Shown: one piece after another, positions 17,636 through 27,800 of the stretch
Position numbering within the stretch: the first letter of the stretch is position 1
How the letters are laid out: each line of letters begins with the position of its first letter
IMG/VR virus record: IMGVR_UViG_3300025073_000045
Coordinates: 1-64,000 of that record
From: an uncultured virus (IMG/VR IMGVR_UViG_3300025073_000045)
Taxonomy: Duplodnaviria > Heunggongvirae > Uroviricota > Caudoviricetes
Reading direction: 5' to 3' (one strand)
DNA: 64,000 nucleotides
Position numbers and translations under genes: made by a program
Notes under the pieces: model-generated
The model's database searches: none
What the model was told of the DNA's origin: nothing
Seen by the model: the letters and a program-made list of their open reading frames with translations, nothing else

Positions 17636-18187
17636 ATGAACGTTAAAATCAGAATTCCTGGAGATGAGAGATTTGATTTAATCTCTGTCCCAGTTGAAGC
17701 TGCTACTGTGATTGCTAACGGTGATCTTGTTTCTTATGAATCAGGATACGCTGTTAAGCTTGATGCTGAAGCAGAAGATGCAACATTTGTTGGTGTTTGC
17801 GAAAGAGGTTCAAATCTTAATGAAACAACACCAATTACAGTTTGGAGAAAAGCTATTGTTGAAGCTACTGTTGATTCAGCAGCTTTTGCAATTGGTGATG
17901 GAATTTCTCTTTCTGCTGGTGGTACTCTTGAAAAAGCTGGTGATAACATCTTAATGCATTGCTTTGAAAGCAGTGTTGGTGTTTCAGTAACAACTGTTAA
18001 AGCAGTTATTGATGTACAATCTCTTGGCAAGTTGTTTGCTACAAATGCTACTGTTGGACTTTGTGGTCCTGCTGGCTTATGCGGCCCTATTGGTCTTTGT
18101 GGTCCAGAAGGTTTATGTGGCCCAATCGGTTTATGTGGTCCAGAAGGATTATGTGGCCCTATCGGCTTATGTGGTCCTGGTATTTAA
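17636..18187 (+). CDS. DUF2190-like capsid cement/decoration protein with a C-terminal (GLCGPx)7 collagen tail
   Basis: VEAATVIANGDLV...FVGV; located between protease and capsid genes; ends VGLCGPAGLCGPIGLCGPE...GLCGPGI. Confidence 0.8.
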   Translation: MNVKIRIPGDERFDLISVPVEAATVIANGDLVSYESGYAVKLDAEAEDATFVGVCERGSNLNETTPITVWRKAIVEATVDSAAFAIGDGISLSAGGTLEKAGDNILMHCFESSVGVSVTTVKAVIDVQSLGKLFATNATVGLCGPAGLCGPIGLCGPEGLCGPIGLCGPEGLCGPIGLCGPGI

Positions 18188-18259
18188 TAATTGATTATGT
18201 AATTAATTGCAGGGCTTTTAAAGTTAACAAAAAATTAATTAATTGGAGTACAAACAGAA

Positions 18260-19450
18260 ATGAGAAACGGAATTATCACTGAAATGTTTAATTCCTATAA
18301 AGGTGAATCAGCTAGTGATGCTATTGCAGGTCAAAAGGTTGCTGATAAACTTGAGGAATTACTCAATGCTGGAAAAATTTCTACATCTGATTTATCTTTA
18401 GGTCAGATTGCAAAAGAAACGATTCCAAATTTTGAAAGATTGCGCGGTGCAGAAGCTTCAGAAGTTGCATTAGCAGTCTCAAGTTCACAATTTCCCACAA
18501 TTTCAAAAGTTGCAATTAACAAAGAAATTATCGATCAATATACTCTTTATTCTGAAAATGTTGATCAGTTGGTTTCTGAAATGGAAGCTTCAAGAACCGA
18601 TATTGAATTTATTGCTGGTTTCACAGATCCTGAAGCTCCAGAATTGAGACTTGAAGGTATGTCTTACCAAGAAACAAATTTTGGTGAGAAAGATGTTCAA
18701 GTTGTAATGGCTGATTTTGGTCGTATGATCTCTGTAACAAGAGAAGCTATTTTCAACGACAAAACAGGTCAGCTACTTGACCAAGCAAGAATGATTGGAC
18801 AGCTAGGTGGTCAACACAGAGCTAAAATGGTTATTCAAACTTTGGAAGTTCTTCCTAGAACAGCTTTTAAAGAAGTTGCTTCAAAAGCTTTTGTCTATAA
18901 AGGCACAGCTTATGCTAACACAGATTTTTATTCTGCAGATCATGCCGCTCTTGATGGTAGAACAAACAAAAATCTTGTTACATCAAATGCATTAGCAGAT
19001 TATACTAATGTTGAAGCTGCTTTTAATGCTTTTTCTGCTATGGTTTCTCCTTCTGGTGCTGAACTTGCAGTGGTTCCACAAATTATTGTTGTTCATGAAA
19101 CTAAAGCTGCTACAGCTTTTAGAGTTTTCAATAATGATAATTTTGCAATGGTTGGACAAGGTGCCAATGTTGCTCCTGTTGTTGCTCACACAACTAATCC
19201 ATTTGGTCCTAATGGTATCAAGAAATTCCAAATTTACACTTCAAGATACTTAAGTGTTGCAACAACTTGGTACATGGGTGATCCTAAACGTCAGCTAAAA
19301 TGGTTATGGGTTTATAAACCTGCTACTGCTTCATTAGCTTCTTCATCTGAAAAAGCTTTCACAAACAACATTGTGATGACTTATAAATTCTCTTATCATG
19401 GTGGTTGTGGTCATAATGATTATACTTACATGCTTAAGAATACTGCTTAA
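18260..19450 (+). CDS. Major capsid protein (Mu gpT-like, HK97 fold)
   Basis: FGRMISVTREAIFND..G, FYSADH, P..IVV, WY motifs; gene position; followed by a strong terminator. Confidence 0.85.
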   Translation: MRNGIITEMFNSYKGESASDAIAGQKVADKLEELLNAGKISTSDLSLGQIAKETIPNFERLRGAEASEVALAVSSSQFPTISKVAINKEIIDQYTLYSENVDQLVSEMEASRTDIEFIAGFTDPEAPELRLEGMSYQETNFGEKDVQVVMADFGRMISVTREAIFNDKTGQLLDQARMIGQLGGQHRAKMVIQTLEVLPRTAFKEVASKAFVYKGTAYANTDFYSADHAALDGRTNKNLVTSNALADYTNVEAAFNAFSAMVSPSGAELAVVPQIIVVHETKAATAFRVFNNDNFAMVGQGANVAPVVAHTTNPFGPNGIKKFQIYTSRYLSVATTWYMGDPKRQLKWLWVYKPATASLASSSEKAFTNNIVMTYKFSYHGGCGHNDYTYMLKNTA

Positions 19451-19473
19451 TTAAGTATTCACTTACACACACA

Positions 19474-19503
19474 AAAGGGGCTAAGAGATTAGCCCCTTTA
19501 TTA
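19474..19503 (+). terminator. Rho-independent terminator after the capsid gene
   Basis: aaaggggctaa-GAGA-ttagccccttt then atta. Confidence 0.85.
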
Positions 19504-19513
19504 TAAGGCGTTT

Positions 19514-20239
19514 ATGAGAGATTTATTAGCAACTTGGTTAGATGTTATAGATAATGTTCCTCAGTATTTCAAATTTGATAGTGGAGAATTTGAAGATACA
19601 CGACTAACTAGTAATAGAATTATTTCATATTTATCAAAAGAAGAATCAAGGATTAGAACTAAACTAAAAACTTTTTACCCTGTTTTAAGTTTAGGAGAAT
19701 ATCAGGATCCAAATACGTATTGTTTGACACAAAATACAAATCTCGATTTTACTTTCAAAAAGCAGCACATAACTACGATAAATCTAGTTTCAAAAGTATA
19801 TAAGTTTAGATTTACATCAACTACTGAATTTATTGTTACTCCAGATGAAGAAGCACCAGTAGTTGGAAATATTACTACAGATTTAACTCTTGAAGATATT
19901 ATTGTTAAAAAAGAGATGTGGACAGGTTATATATTTGTCACTGATGATACATTTTATATGACATTAACTCATTATGAAGAGGCATTAGTACAATTAGCGT
20001 CAAAATTAGCAGCTGCAAAATTACTAGAACAGACATTTGCTTCAGAAACTAGTAATACTTCTGGAGATGCAGCATTACTTAGACAAGAAGTAAAGCAAGA
20101 ATTAAATGCTTTAACGTCCACTGACGGTGAAGCAAGATTAGAAGTAAGTTGGAACACTCTGGATATTAGTCCTATTGCTACTGGGTATGATATTGATGAA
20201 TTAGGAAATGATATTACAGAATACGAAGAGGACGTATAA
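19514..20239 (+). CDS. Head-tail adaptor (Mu gp36-like) with an inserted beta domain
   Basis: Position after the capsid gene; I..KL...Y and L.....LAAA..L helices flank a beta-rich insert. Confidence 0.55.
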   Translation: MRDLLATWLDVIDNVPQYFKFDSGEFEDTRLTSNRIISYLSKEESRIRTKLKTFYPVLSLGEYQDPNTYCLTQNTNLDFTFKKQHITTINLVSKVYKFRFTSTTEFIVTPDEEAPVVGNITTDLTLEDIIVKKEMWTGYIFVTDDTFYMTLTHYEEALVQLASKLAAAKLLEQTFASETSNTSGDAALLRQEVKQELNALTSTDGEARLEVSWNTLDISPIATGYDIDELGNDITEYEEDV

Positions 20240-20278
20240 GTCCTTACTACATATTTACTACTTGGAGCATAATATAAT

Positions 20279-21232
20279 ATGCTTAATCAGACTACTTCTT
20301 CTTTTGGAGAAGTTATTCTTAGTATTGATACCTTTCTAAAGAAAAATTTAAAGACTCATGAGTCTCTGAAAGATTATGCATATTATTCAATTGGGATTGA
20401 TAGAAATACCCCTCAATTTCCATATTTAGTAGTATATCCAGTATCAGAAACTATTTCAAGAATATATTCTTCTGGTTTAGCAGATATAAAAAGAGTAATA
20501 AGATTTGAAACAAAAACATTAAAGCCTAAACAAGATCTTGCATTGAATCAATCCATAGGACTCACAAATAATGTAAGATTACTTTTTGCTGAAAAGAAAA
20601 AAGATGCTGTTTGGAAATTCACTAATGCTGAAAATAAACAAATAGTATTTAATGCTCAAGTCTCTGAAGTCAGAACTGAAGATGTAATAACTTTGAATCA
20701 AGGTCTTCAAGCTACTTCAAGTGTTGATATTACATTTTTCTCACAAATTGATTTAACAGAATATTCACCAACAAATAGAGATATAGCTGGTAATATTCAA
20801 TTAGTAAACATATCTAATCAAAAAGAAATTATTAAGATTGTTCATAAGTTACTTGAAGATAATAAAGCTATTTTATCATTAGTAAGACAGTTTAAATATG
20901 GTGTTGTAGAACCTTTAAATTTTTTCCCAGCTATAGCAGTTGTTTCAGAATTGGCTGGCACAGAATCAACATTTCCTGGAATGAACATGTATGTTACATA
21001 TGTAAAAATACACACTTATACATCCTTAATGGGTGGCGCGGATGCAGTATACCAGAACTTAGATATAATTGATAAATTAAGGAAAATCATATTTGCTAAT
21101 AAATACATTTTCAATCGATGCAATGATTACACTTTAGGTCAAATTGAGTTTGGTATTTCAATGCTGGGCGATAGTTTATTATTTTCATCTATATTTAATA
21201 TTACAGTAAAAAGTTTTGATTCAGTTATATAA
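20279..21232 (+). CDS. Tail terminator/completion-like protein with two tandem domains
   Basis: Two similar halves: YSIG...PQFPYLVVYP and KYGV...NFFPAIAVVS. Confidence 0.5.
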   Translation: MLNQTTSSFGEVILSIDTFLKKNLKTHESLKDYAYYSIGIDRNTPQFPYLVVYPVSETISRIYSSGLADIKRVIRFETKTLKPKQDLALNQSIGLTNNVRLLFAEKKKDAVWKFTNAENKQIVFNAQVSEVRTEDVITLNQGLQATSSVDITFFSQIDLTEYSPTNRDIAGNIQLVNISNQKEIIKIVHKLLEDNKAILSLVRQFKYGVVEPLNFFPAIAVVSELAGTESTFPGMNMYVTYVKIHTYTSLMGGADAVYQNLDIIDKLRKIIFANKYIFNRCNDYTLGQIEFGISMLGDSLLFSSIFNITVKSFDSVI

Positions 21233-21241
21233 GAGGTAAAT

Positions 21242-21619
21242 ATGAAAGTTCAATTTGTAAAAGAATCTTCTGGATTTGGTTACAGTCAAAAAATTGCATC
21301 TTGGTTATTACAAGATCCAGAAAATGCTGCTGCAATATTAGATTTGTCAATTGGTAAAGCAGTAGAATTACCAGAATCAATAGCAGTAAATTGTTATAAT
21401 CTGGTTAATACTGCTACGGGTAAAGTTATTAGTAAGAATAATGGTATATATCTTACTGAAACTCAAATTAAGAATAAATATGTGAAAGCTGAAGAAGTTA
21501 AAACTAAAGAGATAATTGACCATTTTAAAGCTATAAACACAAAGAAAGCAAAAATGGCAGAAGTTTTAATCCCAGAAGAGAAAAAAATCTCTGATAGCTT
21601 AGAAACATTAAGTAAGTAA
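21242..21619 (+). CDS. Hypothetical protein
   Basis: GAGG RBS, 125 aa. Confidence 0.6.
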   Translation: MKVQFVKESSGFGYSQKIASWLLQDPENAAAILDLSIGKAVELPESIAVNCYNLVNTATGKVISKNNGIYLTETQIKNKYVKAEEVKTKEIIDHFKAINTKKAKMAEVLIPEEKKISDSLETLSK

Positions 21620-21643
21620 TTTAATAACACAAGGAGACGCATC

Positions 21644-22837
21644 ATGAGTTGTAGACAAATCTGGGAAGATATTTATGGAATAGAAATACTTCCTGCAGCA
21701 AAAAACACTGTTGCTCTTGCATTAGCAGCATCAAGTGATTTTGGTACTACTCCAGCAAACTCTCATGGATTAACTGGTACATGGGCAGTTGCAGGTTCAA
21801 ACAATTTATTACCAGTAGATTCATACCCACAATTTAAAGCACCTCGTTCACTGGTTGAAAAGAAAGTTGCAAGTGGTAGTTCTACACAAAATTTCTTTTC
21901 TTTTACAAGTGTTGGTGCTCAACCGGTTCCAATTGTTGTACCTTTTTTAGCAAATGCACATAATTTGACAGCATTTTTCAAATTACTCTTCCAAGATAAT
22001 GTATCATATGCTCAAGGTGTTACAAATACTGATCTTGAAATTGCAACACATATTCCATATGATTCTGGTTGTGCAACTGCTTTTGCTAATTTGATAAGAA
22101 TTAGACAAGACGGTGATGAAACATTGTTGAGAGATCAGAAAGTATCTGCATCAATTGTTTCAAGAATTACTTTGAAGGGTGCTCAAGGTGGATTAATTGA
22201 AGGTGAAGTAGAATTTCTTGCAGCAAAATGGGAACAAATTGATGCTGGTGCTACACTTGTAGCAAGAATACAAGATTTTGATTCTACGCCTGCATTAAAG
22301 TTTGAAGATTTAACAGTTTTAGGTTCTACCGGAGATACTACTGTTACAGAACTTAACATTGCAGAATTTGATATTACATTTAATAATAATGCAAAACCTT
22401 TCTTCTATAATGAAGCTATCGCAAAAACATTTACTTTAGGCACTCTTGAAGTAACAGGCTCATTAACTATACCCTGGAATGATGAATCTGCACATGGTGG
22501 AAATGCTACAATTACTCAATTTGTTGCAAATACTACTAAAGTATTTTCACTTGTTTGGGGAAAACAGGCAGCAAATCCACTAACGTTACCAGCTACTGGA
22601 AATACTCTTGGTGTTGATGTTTTAACAGGAAAAAATAGTCTTACAGATAATTTCTTTGCTATTCATGCAAACCTCAAAGTTGAAGACTATGAAGAAACTG
22701 ATCAAGAAGAAAATCCAATGATACCATTGAAATTTAGAATGGTTAAATCAGATACAGTACCTTGTGATTCAGTTGGAACATTGAAAGTATTAACCGGTTA
22801 TAAAGCTGCCACTACTAAATGGGGCAGTTGGGTTTAA
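21644..22837 (+). CDS. Major tail (tube) protein
   Basis: FDITFNNN...LEVTGSLTI tube-protein pattern; precedes the chaperone and tape measure genes. Confidence 0.7.
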   Translation: MSCRQIWEDIYGIEILPAAKNTVALALAASSDFGTTPANSHGLTGTWAVAGSNNLLPVDSYPQFKAPRSLVEKKVASGSSTQNFFSFTSVGAQPVPIVVPFLANAHNLTAFFKLLFQDNVSYAQGVTNTDLEIATHIPYDSGCATAFANLIRIRQDGDETLLRDQKVSASIVSRITLKGAQGGLIEGEVEFLAAKWEQIDAGATLVARIQDFDSTPALKFEDLTVLGSTGDTTVTELNIAEFDITFNNNAKPFFYNEAIAKTFTLGTLEVTGSLTIPWNDESAHGGNATITQFVANTTKVFSLVWGKQAANPLTLPATGNTLGVDVLTGKNSLTDNFFAIHANLKVEDYEETDQEENPMIPLKFRMVKSDTVPCDSVGTLKVLTGYKAATTKWGSWV

Positions 22838-22869
22838 TTAATAAATAATCCTAAAAAGGAGAAGTAACA

Positions 22870-23295
22870 ATGATTAAAGGTGTAAACAAAACAGCTATTC
22901 CATATGTTCTTGAAGAAGATCGTTCTTCAGCAGTTTCTGAACAAACAGTTTTTCACATAAGACCAAAAACTGGACATGACAACAACTTGACGCTCCAAAG
23001 ATATGCAGGAGCTTCAAGAGATGGCAGAAAAGGCACAAGAGAAATTAATGTCTCTAAGCTTGATGCTGCAGATCATGAAGAATTCTTGAGTGTTGTTGAG
23101 AAAGTTGAAAATTTCATTTATTCAGAAGATTCAGAGTTTTTCAACAAAGGTGAAATTTACAAAGTCATAACAGAAAGAGCACAATTGAAAGAAGTTGCAC
23201 GTTGTCTTTCTGCTGATCATCTTTCTGAAGTTCTTGAAGTATCCAACAACATTAGCAAGCTAAATGATGGAGCAAAAAAAAACTCCAACTCTTAG
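22870..23295 (+). CDS. Tail assembly chaperone (lambda gpG-like)
   Basis: Follows the tube gene; ends at a slippery A9C run. Confidence 0.7.
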   Translation: MIKGVNKTAIPYVLEEDRSSAVSEQTVFHIRPKTGHDNNLTLQRYAGASRDGRKGTREINVSKLDAADHEEFLSVVEKVENFIYSEDSEFFNKGEIYKVITERAQLKEVARCLSADHLSEVLEVSNNISKLNDGAKKNSNS

Positions 23296-23843
23296 TTTGG
23301 TATTATCTTTGGAAAAGTGAAAATAAAGAAAGAAGAACTCTTTACGATTGTGATATTTGCGCTCTTTCTCAGAATGAATGGTTTAAAAATAGAATATGTT
23401 TCAATTCTAGATATGGGGAAGAACAATATAATTTTGTTCTTCCCGTTCTAGATTTGGTATCTATGAAGATAAAAGAATCTGAAAAAAGATCATTTAATCA
23501 AATAGAATTTCTAGAATGGCTTAATGATTTTAATCTTGAATTTAATCCAGATATGCCATCTTTTGAAATTATACAAGCTTACCTAAATGGTAGAAATAAG
23601 ACAGAAGCCGGAGAAATTTGTATTACTGGTTTTGTTGATTTTGAAATTGGAACTCTTATTGATTTAGAGAATGCTTGTAACACCTATCATGTCTTACCCT
23701 ACAGTGGAGGACTACTTGACCAACCATTATTATTATTAGAAGCTTTTGGACTTGTTAGAAGCGAGATCAATAGATATGAAAAAGTAAGAGCAGATAAAAT
23801 CATGGCTAAACATCAAAATCAAAGTGAGAAACCTCATAAATAA
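22870..23843 (+). CDS. Tail assembly chaperone -1 frameshift product (gpGT-like, ~324 aa)
   Basis: GCA AAA AAA AAC at 23272-23283. The -1 frame is open (LQLLVWYYLW...DCDIC...) and runs into track ORF 23454..23843 (LPYSGGLLDQP). Confidence 0.8.
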
Positions 23844-24835
23844 TGAAAGAAATAAAATTTTCAATTAGTTTATTTGGTAGAGATTCAAAGAGAATTGCTA
23901 ATAATTCAGTAGGAGCTCAAATACTTGCTGGAAGATTAAATACTATTAGTAAAAAGTTACAAGATATCCCAGTATCAATTGGGACAGCAGCAAACCCATC
24001 TATCAATAAACTTTCAGAAAATTTCTCAAAAAAATATCAAGAAAGCATACGAGATAATTTTATTCATAATCCTTCTAGTTGGAAGCCATTATCACAGTCT
24101 GCAGTTGACATACGTAGAATGTTAATTGACCCTAAATTTCTAGCACAAGAGATAAAAAATATTGTATTGTCACCAGAAAATAGAAGTAAAAAATCAATTA
24201 CTAGCCTATTTTCTGATCAAAATATCAATAGCCTTGTGAGAGAGATATTACCAAAATTATCAAATAGAAAAGGTTTATCAGATAAACAAGTTATAGATAG
24301 ATTTAAGAATAAGTATGGTTTATCAAATGTACAATTAAATGAGAGAATAGATGCTTTTGTATCTTCATTAAAACCTCCAATGTTACATCCTAATATGCAT
24401 GCATCAGGACCAGCTCTTTTAACTACTGGTAAATTAATGAATTCTATTATTGTTAAACTTGAGAAATCAGACTCAAAAATGGGAAAAGTATTAACAAAAT
24501 TCAGAGATTTTGTAATTACGTATGCAAATTATGGTAATAAACATTTTCTCGGTAAATCATTTGTAGTTCCAACATTATTCATATTAAATAATAGAGGCGA
24601 GATATTAGGTTCAATTAAAATTCCTATTTATTATGCAAGAAAACTTGGAAAATTAGATCTTTCACCCTTATTCAAAGTTGAGGTAAGAAATGAATCTGTG
24701 AAAGTAGCACCAAGAGACCCATTTATACTGAAAGAAAAAGATATGCAACTTTTAAATAAATTTGGTACTGATGCATGGGTACCTTTTACTAATGCTGCTC
24801 AACAAAAGATTTTAGAGATACAAGGATTATTATGA
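23843..24835 (+). CDS. Virion morphogenesis / neck protein (Mu gpG-like) with an insertion
   Basis: SWKPLS ... LLTTGKLMNSI ... YA..G motifs. Confidence 0.55.
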   Translation: MKEIKFSISLFGRDSKRIANNSVGAQILAGRLNTISKKLQDIPVSIGTAANPSINKLSENFSKKYQESIRDNFIHNPSSWKPLSQSAVDIRRMLIDPKFLAQEIKNIVLSPENRSKKSITSLFSDQNINSLVREILPKLSNRKGLSDKQVIDRFKNKYGLSNVQLNERIDAFVSSLKPPMLHPNMHASGPALLTTGKLMNSIIVKLEKSDSKMGKVLTKFRDFVITYANYGNKHFLGKSFVVPTLFILNNRGEILGSIKIPIYYARKLGKLDLSPLFKVEVRNESVKVAPRDPFILKEKDMQLLNKFGTDAWVPFTNAAQQKILEIQGLL

Positions 24836-27800
24836 GTGCTAATCAAGAAAGAAAGCTTAGAATGATTGTTGAGTTTCATGGCAATGCTAGTAATGCAATG
24901 AAAGCTGTTGATGATTTTGAAAGAAAGTTTGGTTCTACTTTTAAACAACTTGGTGTTAATGTAGAAGTAGAATTAAGAAAAACAGAGAGGAGAATCAAAC
25001 AATCATTTGATAGAATGTCTAGTTATGGTAAAAGGTTTTCAAAACAAATGAGTGGTGGAGCATTTCTAGGTGGTTCATCTGGTGGCATTGGTAAAGAGTT
25101 TGATTCTTTTGAAATAAGTCAAGGTGAAATGAGGGGTTCAACTACAGGCTTAAGACATGAAGTAGGAAAACTTAGAAATACTTTATTACTTGTTTCATTT
25201 GCAACTACTGCTGTTGTTAGTGCATTCAAGACAATGTTTCAAACTGTTTTACAGAATGAATCTGCAATGATTGGATTAAAAGCTGTTGCTATATCAACAG
25301 GCCTTTCTTTTGATAGATTAAGAGAATCATCAGTTATTCTTGAAAATTCTGGTATAATGTCTATTACAGGCTCAAGCGCTGCACAAAAGAACTTAGCAGC
25401 AACTAAAATGACATTGATGGAAGTTCAAGGTGTAATGGGCGCTTTAACAGATGCTGCTGCATTTAATAGACAAGGTACTTTGTCTATGGAAGAAGCAGTT
25501 GTTGGTGCTACTCAAGGTATTAAAAATCAAAATTCAATTATGATTGATAATGCTGGTATTACTAAAAACGTATCAATCATGTATAAAGAATATGCAGCTT
25601 CTATTGGTAAAACCATTGGAGCATTAACAGAGCATGAGAAACGTCAAGCAATGGTTTCTGGAATTATGCAAGAAGCAGAATTATTTGCTGGTAATGCTGA
25701 AAAATCAATGTTTTCATATCAAGGACGACTAAATAAGCTTAATGTTGAAATTTTAAAAACTTCTAGAAATTTAGGAGATATGGCTGCTCCTAATATAATG
25801 GCTGGTTTAGAAGCTTTAACTGGTGGTCTTTCAAAAGCTGGTAATGATGAAGGTTTTATGAAGTTAACCGCTTTATTAACTTCTTACTTTAAGGAATTAA
25901 TGATAATTTTACCTAAAATAGCTGATAATTTTATGGCTATTCCAAGATTTTTATCACCATTATCTTCTATTTTTGACAATTCAATTGTAAAAATGACACT
26001 GATGAGTGGTTTATTATTAAAAATGAATTCTTACGCACAAGGATTTTTAATTAAATTCAAACAAGGACAGCTTCAAGGAGTTATTGATAATTCTAGTAAA
26101 AGATTAGCTAGTTCAGCTATATTAGCTACTGATAAGGGATTGAATCAGGAATCAAATGCTAAAAAAACTATAATACAATCTGCACAGTTTGAAGCAAAAA
26201 TGAAGGGTAAGATTATTGAACTTGAAAAAACTGGTAATTTAAATGATTTGATACAAAAAAATGCTCAGAAAGAAATAAATCTTTTATTAGCATCAGAAGG
26301 AGCTCAACTTGAAAAAAATATTAAATATAAACAACTTATAAATGATCTAACCATAAGAGGCTTTAATATTTATAAAACTAATAGTGAAGTAAAAGTTGGA
26401 AAAAATACTATTTCGACAGGATCTTTTTTAGTAAGAGATGCAAATGCTAATTTGTCAAAGGATTCACTATTTAATAAAAAGGGAGCTTCACCTACTTTAG
26501 TTGCTGAAGCTAGTTCAGGAGCAGGTGCTTATAATATAGCTGGATTATTAGGCAAGATTGGTATACAGAAACAATGGTTTAAAGATATAGCAACTTCTGC
26601 AAAAATTTCTATGGCATCAATGAAAGCAGATTTACTTTCTGGTAAACTTACACTTGAAAGCTTAAAACTTGGTTTTGGTACTGCTGGTACAGCTGCTTTA
26701 GCTTTTGGAAAATCTGTTATGGCTATGGGTATGACAATTATGGCGGTTTTTGGTCAATTTATGATGTATTATACAATAGTAATGACTTTAATAGATTTGT
26801 TCAAACAATTAGTTGGAGCTTCAAATGAGGAAGCAAAAAAGAGAGAACAGAGACTTACTGACATTGATATTGAAATTAAAGCATTAACTGGTCTTAGCAG
26901 ATCTTATGATTTATTAATTAATAAAGTAACGTCATTAAATCAAGCATTTGGAAATGGTTCAGGATATGAGAATTTTTATACTGCTCAAGGTAATACCATA
27001 CAAGAAACAGAAATAAAAATGAAGTCATTATTAACTGATATGGATGATATAAAATTTGAAATGCAAAGAATGGCTCATTCAGGTAAAGATTCTGCTATTA
27101 ATCCATTAACAGGTATTGAAATGTCTTATGATGAGTTTAAAAATTACCTTGATAATTTGAAAACTCAATTTAGTGAATTAAATACATATGCAAATGATGC
27201 ATATGATAATATTTCAGGCACATTAACTGATGCTGGAGAATTTTTTGCTTCAGCTGGTGGTAAAATTAACAGTACTATTGGAAATGCAGCTAATCAAGTA
27301 TCATCTTTTAATGATAACATTATTAAGTGGGCTTCTCAATACCCAATCTTAAATGAAAAGATTGGTGATGATGTCGTTACTACTCTATTAGGGATATCAA
27401 AAGATGCTTCATATTATGATGCATTAATGCTTTCAAATACTAAATCTTTTGAATTAGAAAAACGTAAATATATCATAGATTCAGAAAAGCAAATCACTGA
27501 AATAAAAAAGAATGCCTTAAATGAAAGAACTAAAGGTATATTTAATTCACAGTCTAAAGAAATGGCTTTATTAGTTACAGCTAGTAAAGAACAACTTGAT
27601 GCTATAAGAGACCAACAAAGAGCACTTAAATTAGAATTAGAAGGTCAAAAGTTTGCAACTGGTGATGCTATTCTTTCAATGGGGATAAGTTCAAGAACAT
27701 CTATATCTGCAGGACATACTTCTGCTAGAAATATTGATACCTATATTGAAGGAATTTTAGCTGAAGCTGACAACCAATCAAAAAGATATGATAGATTATT

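Noticed and set aside
21644..22837. Contractile tail sheath
   Set aside because: The sequence fits a tube protein, and no sheath or baseplate-wedge genes are recognisable.
23454..23843. Independent gene starting at TTG 23454
   Set aside because: No RBS; better explained as the -1 frameshift extension of the chaperone.
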